DNA of 64,000 nucleotides, taken from Acidobacteriota bacterium (lineage in GTDB: Bacteria; Acidobacteriota; UBA890; WLXD01). Where the stretch lies: NCBI GenBank assembly GCA_963666055.2, contig CAXWPH010000006.1, positions 32,001 to 96,000 on the forward strand. The letters are read 5' to 3'. A program made the position numbers and the translations under genes. Numbering within the stretch: position 1 is the first letter of the stretch; every line of letters starts with the position of its first letter. Shown here piece by piece: positions 1-9,876 of the stretch. A model generated the notes under the pieces. It did no database searches and was not told where the DNA came from. It saw nothing but the letters and a program-made list of their open reading frames with translations.

Positions 1-2
1 TG

Positions 3-788
3 ATGCTCGTCTATACCGCGGTGGGTATGGTGATCGCCGCCCTGGTCGCGAGACCGCCGACGGGCCCAGGATTCTGGCGCTTGACGATTCTGCTCGTCCT
101 TACGGGTTTCGGGCTCGGCATGGGATTGCGGCTGAGCAGCTTGAGCGCAGCGCTCCCCCACCCCGGCCGCGAGTCGCTGCTGGCGCTGGGCATCGCGTCG
201 GCGATGCTGATCTGGTTTGGCGCACGCAAGTCGGTCACCGCAGACAAGCGCCACGGCTGGCTGCTCGGCCTCGCTACGATCGCGGCGGTTGCTTCGATCG
301 CGCTGGATCCAGCGATTCGACCAGCAACCGGCGCGGGCACCTTCGAGTCTGTCGTCTATGTAGCGGGTCTGGTCAGCATCGCCATCGTGCTGGGGTCGGT
401 GCTGCTGGCGATGATCCTGGCCCACTGGTACCTCATCGAGCCGCGCATGCCGATCGCGCCGCTCAACCGCGTGTTGGGGATGTTTCTCGCCACCGAGGGC
501 GTCAAGCTGATCCTGTTATTCGCCGTGGTGGCGATCCATCTGCCGGGTTGGACCAACACCGGCGGCGGGCTGCTGCGAGCCTTCGTGGTAGGGGACGCTC
601 TCTTCGTGGCCGTACGCGCCACACTCGGCGTGCTGGCGCCCATCGTGTTGGGGTGGATGACCTGGAAGACCGTCCAGATTCGCTCCATCCAGTCGGCGAC
701 GGGCATCCTGTATGCTGCGATCGTGTTCGTGCTGTTCGGTGAGGTGATCTCGCTTTTTCTCTCGCTCTCGACGGGACATCCGTACTGA
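3..788 (+). CDS. Polytopic membrane protein of unknown function (5' end may lie outside window)
   Basis: About 8 hydrophobic segments; conserved-looking AMILAHWYL and SATGILY motifs; stop overlaps the next ATG (TGATG). Confidence 0.7.
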   Translation: MLVYTAVGMVIAALVARPPTGPGFWRLTILLVLTGFGLGMGLRLSSLSAALPHPGRESLLALGIASAMLIWFGARKSVTADKRHGWLLGLATIAAVASIALDPAIRPATGAGTFESVVYVAGLVSIAIVLGSVLLAMILAHWYLIEPRMPIAPLNRVLGMFLATEGVKLILLFAVVAIHLPGWTNTGGGLLRAFVVGDALFVAVRATLGVLAPIVLGWMTWKTVQIRSIQSATGILYAAIVFVLFGEVISLFLSLSTGHPY

Positions 789-1264
789 TGGGCCACTCGC
801 TTGAATGGCGCTGCCCTGAGTGTCAGCGCCCCGACCAACAGGATCTCGACGGCGAGCGCCGCCTGGCGTGCTCGAGTTGCGGCCACACGATGGCGTATGT
901 CGAGGGCACGCTGGACGACTCCGGCGTCGTCGTCGACCCCGCCGTCGCTTGCATCGCTTGCGGTTATGACCGGCTCTTCGCGCAAAAGGACTTCAACCGC
1001 AAGATCGGATTGCTGTTGGTGGTGATTGGCGCGGTGCTGTCTCCCTGGACCTACGGCTTGAGCCTGGTCGTGTTCATGGGGCTCGACTATGGCCTGTACC
1101 AGTTCGTACCGGAGATCACTGTTTGCTACGGATGCGGGGCGATTCACCGCGGATTCGAACACAACCCGCTGCACCGCGCCCACGATCCGCTGCTGGCGGA
1201 TCGATACCGTCGTGAGGCACCCATCAACGCTCTCACCGAGGAGGCCCAGCAGAGCGACACCTAA
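788..1264 (+). CDS. Zinc-ribbon membrane protein
   Basis: Four CxxC pairs (CPEC, CSSC, CIAC, CYGC) around two TM helices; coupled to upstream gene. Confidence 0.7.
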   Translation: MGHSLEWRCPECQRPDQQDLDGERRLACSSCGHTMAYVEGTLDDSGVVVDPAVACIACGYDRLFAQKDFNRKIGLLLVVIGAVLSPWTYGLSLVVFMGLDYGLYQFVPEITVCYGCGAIHRGFEHNPLHRAHDPLLADRYRREAPINALTEEAQQSDT

Positions 1265-1313
1265 TCGCTCCGGAAGCCCTAATTAGCAGTCTCTCCGCGT
1301 CGATAACGATGAT

Positions 1314-1342
1314 TTGACAGCCCTCGGCATCGAGGGTAGGTT
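1314..1342 (+). promoter_or_regulatory. Sigma70-type promoter with palindromic spacer, upstream of the respiratory operon
   Basis: TTGACA (1314-1319), 17 bp, TAGGTT (1337-1342); spacer holds inverted repeat CCCTCG-gcat-CGAGGG. Confidence 0.6.
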
Positions 1343-1411
1343 GTACCCGCTCCGCGGCCCGGTGGGGGCTGTGCGGCCGCACGATCTGGCAAGGTCTCGA
1401 TACGCGAACCC

Positions 1412-2335
1412 ATGACCGACCCTAACGTTCCGGAGTCTCCCGAGGCCTCTGACGGCGTGGACGAGCCGAGTCCGTTCCGAGTCGCCATCGGGTTCTTCAT
1501 CCTGCCGCTGCTGCTGGTAATGACGGGGATCGCCCTGTTCTTGATGTTCGGCGTCCTGGCCCACGACGGCGCCGACCCGGCGGACTACTTGCCGGCACTC
1601 AGCGGCAACGGCATCAACGAACCCTGGCAGGCGGCCTTCCATCTGTCGCAGCAGCTGCAGTACAACGAGCAGCTCAAAGACGACGTCCAGTTCACCGCAC
1701 AGGTCATCAACGCGCTGCAGCGCGCCGAGGCTGGCGACCCGCGTGTGCGTAGGTTCCTCAGCATCGCTCTCGGGCGACTGGAGCATCCGTCGGCCGTACC
1801 CGTACTCGTGGCGACGACCCGCGACTCGGACTCCGAGGCGCGCGTCAACGCCGCTTGGGCCCTGGGCGTGATCGGCGATCCGAGCGCCGCCACCGCTATC
1901 GCCGAACAGCTGCACGACAGCGTCCCCGCGGTGCGGACAATGGCTGCTTACGTGCTCGGAGTTCTGGGAAACCCCGGCGTCGAGCGCTCGCTACGTGTCG
2001 CGTTGAACGATACTGTGCCAGCGGTACGCTGGAACGCTGCGGTTGCGCTCGCCATGTTGGGGCACGACGGGGGCAAGGAAATGCTTCGACGCATGATCGA
2101 CCGCGAGCACCTCTCCTCGGTACCCGGCATCGACCCACAGGATCACAGCCCCACCATGCTGGCGGCGCTCCGGGCGCTGGAACACCTGGGCGCTGGCGGC
2201 TTGCAAGACGAATTGAAGGATCTACGCGACACCGACCCCGATCTTCACGTACGCGAGGCGGCTCGCCGGGTTCTCTCGGCGCCGCAGGGGTCGGTCGGTC
2301 GCGATGCATCGACGCTCCTGGCTCAGGAGCAATAG
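1412..2335 (+). CDS. Membrane-anchored HEAT-repeat protein
   Basis: N-terminal TM helix; repeats VRRFLSIALG, ARVNAAWALG, VRTMAAYVLG, VRWNAAVALA. Confidence 0.85.
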   Translation: MTDPNVPESPEASDGVDEPSPFRVAIGFFILPLLLVMTGIALFLMFGVLAHDGADPADYLPALSGNGINEPWQAAFHLSQQLQYNEQLKDDVQFTAQVINALQRAEAGDPRVRRFLSIALGRLEHPSAVPVLVATTRDSDSEARVNAAWALGVIGDPSAATAIAEQLHDSVPAVRTMAAYVLGVLGNPGVERSLRVALNDTVPAVRWNAAVALAMLGHDGGKEMLRRMIDREHLSSVPGIDPQDHSPTMLAALRALEHLGAGGLQDELKDLRDTDPDLHVREAARRVLSAPQGSVGRDASTLLAQEQ

Positions 2336-2350
2336 GGGGGAGCCAGAGAG

Positions 2351-2902
2351 ATGGCAGAAACCGAGACACCAAGAGCCGCTGCAGGTGAGCAGGCAGAGGG
2401 CGGCAAGAGTCGCCGTGAGTTCCTCGAATCCTTGCCGTGGGTAACCATCGGCTGGGCGGCGTTCACCGGCGCTGTAGGCGCCATGCTGGCCGCCACGGTG
2501 AGGTTCATGTTTCCCAACGTGCTGTACGAGCCACCCCTGCAGTTCAAGATCGGGCTGCCGGTCGACTTCCAGGTCGGCGAGGTGTCGCTGGCCTTCAAAG
2601 ACCGCTACGGCGTTTGGGTGGTACGCAACGAGGAGGGTTTCTACGCGCTGATCTCGGTGTGCACCCACCTTGGCTGCACACCCAACTGGCTGGCCGCCGA
2701 GAACAAGTTCAAATGCCCGTGCCACGGCAGTGGCTTCTACAGCAGCGGCATGAACTTCGAGGGGCCCGCACCACGTCCGCTGGAACGAGCTGCCGTCTCG
2801 TTGGCCGACGACGGCCAGATCCTGGTCGACAAATCGCGCAAGTTCCTATTCGAGCAGGGCGGCTGGGACGATCCCGACTCTTTCCTCCGCTTTAACGCTT
2901 GA
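2351..2902 (+). CDS. qcrA: Rieske 2Fe-2S subunit of Rieske/cytochrome b complex
   Basis: Tat-like SRREFL + TM; CTHLGC and CPCHGS boxes; GPAPRPL. Confidence 0.95.
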   Translation: MAETETPRAAAGEQAEGGKSRREFLESLPWVTIGWAAFTGAVGAMLAATVRFMFPNVLYEPPLQFKIGLPVDFQVGEVSLAFKDRYGVWVVRNEEGFYALISVCTHLGCTPNWLAAENKFKCPCHGSGFYSSGMNFEGPAPRPLERAAVSLADDGQILVDKSRKFLFEQGGWDDPDSFLRFNA

Positions 2903-2936
2903 GATCGATGCTGAATCCGCCAGGAGCAAAGCTCGG

Positions 2937-3785
2937 ATGAGCAGTCTCGGAGAACGTCTGAAGGGTCTCAAGGAGAAGATCGGCTCACCCAAGGAGTGGT
3001 TCAGCGACTTCACCCGTACCCCGGTGTGGAAGTCGCTCTTCCGCCACAAGCTGCCGCAGGATCCGAAGAACCGGGCGCTGGTGGTGCTGACCAACGTGTT
3101 CCTGCACCTGCATCCGGTGCGCATGCGCAAGCAGGGGCTACGGGTGTCGTACACCTGGTGCATGGGCGGGATCTCGTTCTTTCTCTTCCTCTCGCTGACC
3201 GTCACCGGCATTCTGCTGATGTTCTACTACCGTCCGACCGCGCAGCACGCCTATCCGGACATGCTCGACTTGATGGAGTCGGTGTCGCTCGGCCTGATGC
3301 GTGAGATGCACCGTTGGGGGGCGCACTTGATGGTCATCACGGTGTGGCTCCATATGCTGCGTGTTTTCCTCACCGGCTCGTACAAGCCACCGCGCGAGTT
3401 CAACTGGGTTATCGGCGTCACGCTACTGGTGCTGACCTTGCTGTTTTCGTTCACCGGCTATCTGCTGCCCTGGGACCAGCTGGCCATGTGGGCGGTGACG
3501 GTAGGCAGCAACATGGCGAGGGCGACACCGATCATGGGGGCCGAGGGGCCGGGTCAGCAGTTGATGCAGATCGGCGACGTGCCGCTGATTACCGCCGGCT
3601 CTGACATGCGCTTCGTGCTGCTGGCGGGCAGATTCGTAGGTGAGGCTGCCCTGCTGCGGTTCTACGTGCTGCACTGTCTCGGAATCCCGTTCATCTTCGT
3701 GATCTTGCTCGCGGTGCACTTCTGGCGTGTACGCCGCGACGGCGGGATCTCCGGCCCTGGCAAGGGCGGGAAGCTAGCGCTGTGA
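2937..3785 (+). CDS. qcrB: Cytochrome b N-terminal (b6-like) subunit
   Basis: HRWGAH..WLH and VLH..AVH heme ligands; PREFNW; TGYLLPWDQ; WCMGG (heme ci Cys position). Confidence 0.95.
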   Translation: MSSLGERLKGLKEKIGSPKEWFSDFTRTPVWKSLFRHKLPQDPKNRALVVLTNVFLHLHPVRMRKQGLRVSYTWCMGGISFFLFLSLTVTGILLMFYYRPTAQHAYPDMLDLMESVSLGLMREMHRWGAHLMVITVWLHMLRVFLTGSYKPPREFNWVIGVTLLVLTLLFSFTGYLLPWDQLAMWAVTVGSNMARATPIMGAEGPGQQLMQIGDVPLITAGSDMRFVLLAGRFVGEAALLRFYVLHCLGIPFIFVILLAVHFWRVRRDGGISGPGKGGKLAL

Positions 3786-3801
3786 GCCCGGGGGGACGGC
3801 A

Positions 3802-4890
3802 ATGATGGAGGCGCTCAAGAACTTCATCAACATGCTCTTCCAGCCGTACTTCGCGGTCACGTTGGTTGCCGCGGGCGTGTTGCTGCTGTACCGCTTTCGG
3901 TACCAGGCGACAAAAAACAAGTGGATCGCCGGCAGCATCCTCGCCTCACCGTTGGTGTTCTTCGGGCTCTCGGCGCTGGATGAGAACTTCTGGATCCAGT
4001 TCAAGCGTCCCGACAACCTGCCAATCTCGGGGATGGTGTTCCTGGTCCTCTTCTTCACGTGGTTCGCACTGAAGAAGGCAGTAGCCAACGACGAGCGCAT
4101 CAAGGACGGTCGGCCACCGTATGAGGGCGAGGAGGAGGAAGAGGAGAAGGTCTTCGTGTGGCCGGACCTGGTCTACGCGGAGTTCATGTGCGTGCTGCTG
4201 GTGAGCATTCTGCTGGTGGTATGGTCGATCCTGGTGCCGGCGCCCCTCGAGGAACCCGCCAACCCGCAGCTGACGCCGAATCCCTCCAAGGCGCCGTGGT
4301 ACTTCCTCGGGCTACAGGAGATGCTCGTCTACTTCGATCCGTGGCTGGCGGGGGTGGTCATCCCGACGTTCATCCTCATCGGGCTGATGGCGATCCCGTA
4401 CATGGATCCGAATCCCAAGGGCAACGGCTATTACACCTTCGAGGAGCGCCGCTCCGAAATCGTGTTGTTCCAGCTTGGCTTCATCGTTCTGTGGGTGTTC
4501 CTGATCTTCCAGGGTACGTTCCTGCGCGGACCCAACTGGAACTTCTATGGCCCCTACGAGGTCTGGGACGCGCACAAGCTCGTTCCGCTGGCCAATATCC
4601 AGCTATCCGAGTTCGTCTGGGCACGCGGGTTGGGAATCGGGCTCCCCAGCTTCTGGCTGGTGCGCGAGTCCGTCGGCATCATTCTGCTGCTGCTGTACTT
4701 CATCGCGCTGCCGGCCTGGGCCGCCAGCAGATGGATGCGGAAGTATTTTGACCAGATGGGGATGATGCGGTACGTGATCTTCACCCAGCTGCTCCTGTGG
4801 ATGTTCCTGATCCCGATCAAGATGTATCTGCGCTGGACCGTGAACTTGAAGTACTTCGTCGCGATTCCGGAGTTTTTCTTCAATATCTAG
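3802..4890 (+). CDS. Cytochrome b C-terminal / subunit IV-like protein with extra TM helices
   Basis: VWPDLV, APLEEPANP, PSKAPWYFLGLQE (PEWY-region equivalent). Confidence 0.88.
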   Translation: MMEALKNFINMLFQPYFAVTLVAAGVLLLYRFRYQATKNKWIAGSILASPLVFFGLSALDENFWIQFKRPDNLPISGMVFLVLFFTWFALKKAVANDERIKDGRPPYEGEEEEEEKVFVWPDLVYAEFMCVLLVSILLVVWSILVPAPLEEPANPQLTPNPSKAPWYFLGLQEMLVYFDPWLAGVVIPTFILIGLMAIPYMDPNPKGNGYYTFEERRSEIVLFQLGFIVLWVFLIFQGTFLRGPNWNFYGPYEVWDAHKLVPLANIQLSEFVWARGLGIGLPSFWLVRESVGIILLLLYFIALPAWAASRWMRKYFDQMGMMRYVIFTQLLLWMFLIPIKMYLRWTVNLKYFVAIPEFFFNI

Positions 4891-4955
4891 GTGCGGCGCT
4901 ACGCCGACAACCATTGTGCAACGAGTACGAGCGCTGACCGACCAAGGGGAAACGG

Positions 4956-7859
4956 ATGGCCAAGCCGAGGCGTAGGGGCGTATACGCGCGCGACGTCGAC
5001 CGCCTGAACTTGTGGTTCGCACTAATCGCTATCGCCAGCCTGCTCAGCGTCCTGTGGATGGTCTGGGACGACTACGCCCGGCCGTGGAAGTCGTATCAGC
5101 GGCAGTTCCGCGTCATCGAGGCCGAGGTCACGCGGCAGCAGCTCGCCGATGAGCAAGCCGGTGTCGACCAGCTGCCGCTAGCCGAGCTGCGGCAGCAGCG
5201 CGACGCGGCGGAGGAGACGCTCTCCGGCCAGCAGGCGCAGTTGCGCGAGTTGGAGAGCGAGCTGGCGCGCGTGAGCACTCGGCTGGAGCTCACCGATCAG
5301 AACCTGCGGTTCGCGCGCTCCACCTACGACGCGCGACGTTGGGAGTTCGAGGAAGCGCGCAAGCACGAGGGCGAGGAAGGCGCCGCGAGCGAGCGAGCCA
5401 CGTTGGATGCCTCCTTCGCGGAAGTACAGGGGTACGCCGCGGCGCTCGAGGAGCTGACCCCCGAGAGAGATGCGCTGCAGGCTGAGCTTGTCGGCCTCAC
5501 TGGCACCCGCGATGAGGCGCGGAGCGCGATCACGGCGATGACGCGCGAGATCGAGCGCCTGCAGACGCGAGTGAACGACCTGCGCTTCAACTGGGTCTAC
5601 TACTTGCGCAACGCTCCCTTCATGGACAGCTTCAATCCCTCGGTACGTATCAACCAAGTGGTGCTCAACAACATCCGCTTCGATCTCAACTTCACCGATG
5701 CGCCGCGCGTCGACCGCTGCCAGTCATGCCACTTGGGAGCCGCCTCGACCGATTACGCCACCAGCGAGCAGCCCTTCACCGCCCACCCGCGCCTGGATCT
5801 GTTCGTCGCCGACAACTCGGTGCACCCGGCGGCCCAGTTCGGCTGTAGCTCGTGCCACGGCGGTAAGGGCCACGCCACCAGTTTTCTCAACGCCGTCCAC
5901 ACACCGGACAACGAAAGCGAACGCGAGCGCTGGGAACACGACTACGGCTGGGAGCCCACCCACCTGTGGGAGTGGCCGATGCGGCCCTCGGGCGAAACCC
6001 AGGCCGGCTGCCTGAGCTGCCACGGCAGCGACAACTGGCTACCGGACGCCCCCAAGGTCGAGTACGGGCTCGAGTTGGTCGAGAAATTAGGGTGCTACGG
6101 CTGTCATCAGATCGACCGTTTCGACGACCGCCGCAAGCCGGCACCCAATCTGTCGTACCTGCGATCGAAGACCGATATCGAGTGGGCCTACAACTGGGTA
6201 ATGGAACCCAAGAGCTACCGACCCGACACTCGGATGCCGCGGTTCTTCAACCTCTCGAACACCTCCGATAGCTACTGGACCGAGCGCAACAAGGTAGAGG
6301 CCGAGAGCATCGTCACCTATCTGTTCGACAACTCCGTCGAGATCGAGTTGGAGAACGCACCGAACGGCAACGCCGGGCGCGGCGAGGCGCTGGTCGAGTC
6401 GCTCGGCTGCCTCGGCTGCCACATGATCGGCGAGGACAGCGCCCAGGAGGACACGGAGAGTGAGCGACCTGGTGAAGCAGCGCGCTTCAGCGGCTATCGC
6501 CACCACGGTCCGAACCTCAGCGGGCTGGGCAGCAAGGTGAGCGCCGACTGGCTCTACACCTGGGTGCGTGACCCGACGCACTATTGGGACGAGACGGTGA
6601 TGCCCGACCTGCGGCTGACACCGCAGGAGGCGGGCGACATCACCGCCTATCTGGTCGGCATCGAGCGGCCGGGCTGGGAGGATCCGCAGATTCCCCCCGT
6701 CGACCCGGCACTACGCGACGCGGTGGCGCTCGAGTACTTGCGGACGCAGCTGCCGAGCGAGGAGGCTGCCGCCCGCATCGCGTCGATGGACGAAAACGAG
6801 ACGCGCAACTACCTGGGCGAGCGGCTCATCAATCGCTACGGCTGTTCGGGCTGCCACTTGATCCCCGGCTTCGAGGACGCCGGCCGCGTCGGCACGAGCC
6901 TTTCCGATTGGGGCAGTAAGCCGGTGACCCGCCTCGATTTCGGCCTGCTCGATATGGAGCACGAGCGCGGGGTGTTCCTGGAGCAGAAGCTGCGCGCACC
7001 GCGCAGCTACGACGACGGCCGCGAGCGGTCGGCCGAGGAAATGCTCCGCATGCCGAGCTTCGACCTCACCGAAGAGGAGATCGAAGCGCTCGCCACCGCA
7101 ATCCTCGGGCTCACCAGCGAGGAGACCCCGGCCGAGAGTCTGCCGGCACCGACACCGCGGCGCCTGGCGATTGAAAAGGGCCGCCATATCGCCGACATCT
7201 ACAACTGCCGCGGCTGCCACATCCTGGAAGACCGCGGTGGCGCCATCCGCGATGTGATCGCCGAGGCCAAGCTCGCCTCCGGCGAGGTAGCCAGTCTTGC
7301 TGCCGGGCTGGTGTTCGGACCTCCGAACCTGCGCTCCGAGGGGGCCCGTGTGCAACCTACGTGGCTGTACCGCTTCTTCGACGAGCCCAGCATCGTCCGT
7401 CCGTGGCTGCAAGTACGGATGCCGACATTCCAGTTCGACGATGAGGATCTCAACGCCCTGACCGCCTATTTCGCGGCGCTCGATGAGGCCCCCTACCCGT
7501 TCGAGGAAACGTTCACCACGGCGCACGAGTATCCGGCGAGCTTGGTGCGCGAGGGCGCTGTGCTGGCCGCGGATCAGCGTGGCTCGTTGCAGTGTTTCTC
7601 GTGCCATTTCCAGGGCGACCAGGAGCCGCGCGTGCCACCGACGCAGTGGGCGCCTGACCTCGCCTTGGCGGCCGCCCGCTTACGACCGCAGTGGCTTGAC
7701 GGCTGGATCAAGGATCCACAGAGCCTGCAGCCCGGCACCAACATGCCGCAGTTCTATGCCAGCCTCGACCCGGGCGATGGCTACTGGGCTCCACTGGGCA
7801 ACGATCCGCAGGTCGAGATCGACGCCCTGGTTGCCTACATCATGAGCATCGGCAACTAG
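4956..7859 (+). CDS. Membrane-anchored octaheme cytochrome c with coiled-coil stalk
   Basis: N-terminal TM, long heptad-rich region, eight CxxCH (CQSCH, CSSCH, CLSCH, CYGCH, CLGCH, CSGCH, CRGCH, CFSCH), several MP distal-ligand motifs. Confidence 0.92.
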   Translation: MAKPRRRGVYARDVDRLNLWFALIAIASLLSVLWMVWDDYARPWKSYQRQFRVIEAEVTRQQLADEQAGVDQLPLAELRQQRDAAEETLSGQQAQLRELESELARVSTRLELTDQNLRFARSTYDARRWEFEEARKHEGEEGAASERATLDASFAEVQGYAAALEELTPERDALQAELVGLTGTRDEARSAITAMTREIERLQTRVNDLRFNWVYYLRNAPFMDSFNPSVRINQVVLNNIRFDLNFTDAPRVDRCQSCHLGAASTDYATSEQPFTAHPRLDLFVADNSVHPAAQFGCSSCHGGKGHATSFLNAVHTPDNESERERWEHDYGWEPTHLWEWPMRPSGETQAGCLSCHGSDNWLPDAPKVEYGLELVEKLGCYGCHQIDRFDDRRKPAPNLSYLRSKTDIEWAYNWVMEPKSYRPDTRMPRFFNLSNTSDSYWTERNKVEAESIVTYLFDNSVEIELENAPNGNAGRGEALVESLGCLGCHMIGEDSAQEDTESERPGEAARFSGYRHHGPNLSGLGSKVSADWLYTWVRDPTHYWDETVMPDLRLTPQEAGDITAYLVGIERPGWEDPQIPPVDPALRDAVALEYLRTQLPSEEAAARIASMDENETRNYLGERLINRYGCSGCHLIPGFEDAGRVGTSLSDWGSKPVTRLDFGLLDMEHERGVFLEQKLRAPRSYDDGRERSAEEMLRMPSFDLTEEEIEALATAILGLTSEETPAESLPAPTPRRLAIEKGRHIADIYNCRGCHILEDRGGAIRDVIAEAKLASGEVASLAAGLVFGPPNLRSEGARVQPTWLYRFFDEPSIVRPWLQVRMPTFQFDDEDLNALTAYFAALDEAPYPFEETFTTAHEYPASLVREGAVLAADQRGSLQCFSCHFQGDQEPRVPPTQWAPDLALAAARLRPQWLDGWIKDPQSLQPGTNMPQFYASLDPGDGYWAPLGNDPQVEIDALVAYIMSIGN

Positions 7860-8034
7860 TTCCCGTGAAGGAAAGCACCCCGCTTCCTGACGCAACGCAG
7901 CAGCAGCCCCTGCGCCCGCAGACAGGCGGGCGCGAAGCGCCCAACCAGGGCATAATCAACGCCGTTGTTCTGAACAGATTCCCGCGCTCCGCCCGATCCC
8001 GGCGCGGCGGTGGGAATCGCCCTAGGAGTTGACA

Positions 8035-8808
8035 ATGCAGCAGCGAAAGTTCGCAGCGGTCGTCGCGTTGATCGCGCTTGTCACCATAGCCGCCTGCAGC
8101 GGTGGCGACGATGCGGCCGCGCCGACCCCGGATGCCAGTGCCCCGGCAGCGACCGCCCCTGACCTGAGCGACGCCGGCGGCATCAGCGGCACGGTGATGT
8201 TCTCGGGCGATGCGCCCGCCGCCGACATCATTCAGATGGCCGCCGACCCGTTCTGTCAGCTCGCCCACAGCGACACAGTAACGACGTCGCCGGTGTTGGT
8301 CGACGACGCCGGCGGCCTGATGAACGTGGTCGTGCACGTCGCCAGCGGGCTCGAAGGCTACACCTTCCCGGCCGCCAGCGGCCCGGCAAGCATGGGCCAG
8401 AACGGGTGCATCTACGCACCGCACATCGTCACGCTGCGCGCCGGCCAGATGCTGACGATCCTAAACGACGACGACACGCTCCATAACGTCAACGTCCAGC
8501 CAAACGAAAACTCCGCGTTCAACCAGGCGCAGCCGCTCGCCGGAATGATCATCGAAAAGGTGTTCGACAACGCCGAGATCGGCATTCCCGCACGATGCGA
8601 TGTACACCCCTGGATGTCGGCGTTCATCAACGTGTTCGACCATCCGTACTTCGCCGTGTCGGGCACCGACGGCAGCTTCGCGATCGCCAACCTGCCGCCA
8701 GGCGATTACGTGATCGAGGCATGGCACGAGACGTTGGGCACGCAGACGCAGAGCATTACCGTGGCCCCGAACGAGACGGCCGCGGCGAGCATCAGCTTCG
8801 GAGGCTAA
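8035..8808 (+). CDS. Lipoprotein with cupredoxin-like and carboxypeptidase-regulatory-like domains
   Basis: AGGAG RBS; lipobox IAAC; LHNV and CDVHPWM type-1 copper-like ligands; LPPGDYVIEAWHE. Confidence 0.8.
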   Translation: MQQRKFAAVVALIALVTIAACSGGDDAAAPTPDASAPAATAPDLSDAGGISGTVMFSGDAPAADIIQMAADPFCQLAHSDTVTTSPVLVDDAGGLMNVVVHVASGLEGYTFPAASGPASMGQNGCIYAPHIVTLRAGQMLTILNDDDTLHNVNVQPNENSAFNQAQPLAGMIIEKVFDNAEIGIPARCDVHPWMSAFINVFDHPYFAVSGTDGSFAIANLPPGDYVIEAWHETLGTQTQSITVAPNETAAASISFGG

Positions 8809-8857
8809 CCCCCACACGCCTGTCGCGCTGCGACCAGGCTCACAGCACGGCCTTCTT

Positions 8858-8888
8858 CGTCGGCGCCCCACCAGGAGGGGCGCCGACG
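8858..8888 (+). terminator. GC-rich hairpin (terminator or mRNA-stability stem)
   Basis: Perfect 12-bp stem CGTCGGCGCCCC / GGGGCGCCGACG, weak U tract. Confidence 0.45.
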
Positions 8889-8913
8889 TCGTTTGGGAAC
8901 AATCGAGACCACG

Positions 8914-9876
8914 ATGAGCAGGCGCCAGGAGACGGCCGGGGGGTGGCTGCACCGGTACGCGCTGTTGGTGACAGCGGCGACCCTGGTGCTGATCGTCGCG
9001 GGCGGTATGGTGACCAGTACCGACTCAGGCCTGGCGGTACCCGACTGGCCGCTGTCGTACGGCATGCTCTTTCCACCGATGGTGGGCGGAATCTTCTACG
9101 AGCACGGCCATCGCATGATCGCCGGCGCCGTCGGCCTGATGACCGCAGTGCTGGCGTTCTGGGTATCGCGCCGTGAGGCCCGTGCTTGGGTGCGACGACT
9201 GGGCTGGCTGGCGCTCGGCACGGTGGTCGTTCAGGCGTTGCTCGGCGGCATCACGGTGATCTGGCTGCTGCCGCCTGTGGTGTCGACGTCGCATCTGGGA
9301 ACAGCGATGCTGTTCCTGGCAATCGTCACGCTGCTGGCGATCGCAACCTCGCCGAGCTGGCACGCCACCCACCGACGAACCACGGCGCCTACTGGTGAGC
9401 TGCGGCGGCTCGCCCTGGCGGCTACCGCCGCCGTTTACCTGCAGATCCTGCTCGGTGCGGCGATGCGCCACACCGGAGCCGGTCTCGCCTGCCCCGATTT
9501 CCCGCTGTGCAACGGACGGTTGCTACCCGATCTGACCAACGGCGCGATTGCCCTTCACATGTCGCACCGAGTCGGCGCGCTCGTGGTCACCGCTCTCGTG
9601 TTCTGGCTCGCCGAGCGCGCCTGGCCGCGGTATCCAGACGTACCCGAGTTCCGCCGCCCGGCGCTGGCGGCTCTCGGCTGCGTGACCCTGCAGGTCCTGC
9701 TCGGAGCGCTCAGCGTGATCTCGCGGCTGGGTGTCTACACGACCACCGCACACGTGCTCGGCGGCGCACTGTTGCTCTGCAGCCTGGTAGTGATCACCGC
9801 CCGGGCGCATCGCCGAATCACCCCGTCATCGGAGTCGCCCGTCGACGTGCGACAGGTCTCGGAGGCAATCGCTTGA
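8914..9876 (+). CDS. ctaA: Heme A synthase (COX15/CtaA)
   Basis: GLAVPDWP, EHGHRMIA, CPDFPLC, HMSHR; 8 TM. Confidence 0.9.
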   Translation: MSRRQETAGGWLHRYALLVTAATLVLIVAGGMVTSTDSGLAVPDWPLSYGMLFPPMVGGIFYEHGHRMIAGAVGLMTAVLAFWVSRREARAWVRRLGWLALGTVVVQALLGGITVIWLLPPVVSTSHLGTAMLFLAIVTLLAIATSPSWHATHRRTTAPTGELRRLALAATAAVYLQILLGAAMRHTGAGLACPDFPLCNGRLLPDLTNGAIALHMSHRVGALVVTALVFWLAERAWPRYPDVPEFRRPALAALGCVTLQVLLGALSVISRLGVYTTTAHVLGGALLLCSLVVITARAHRRITPSSESPVDVRQVSEAIA

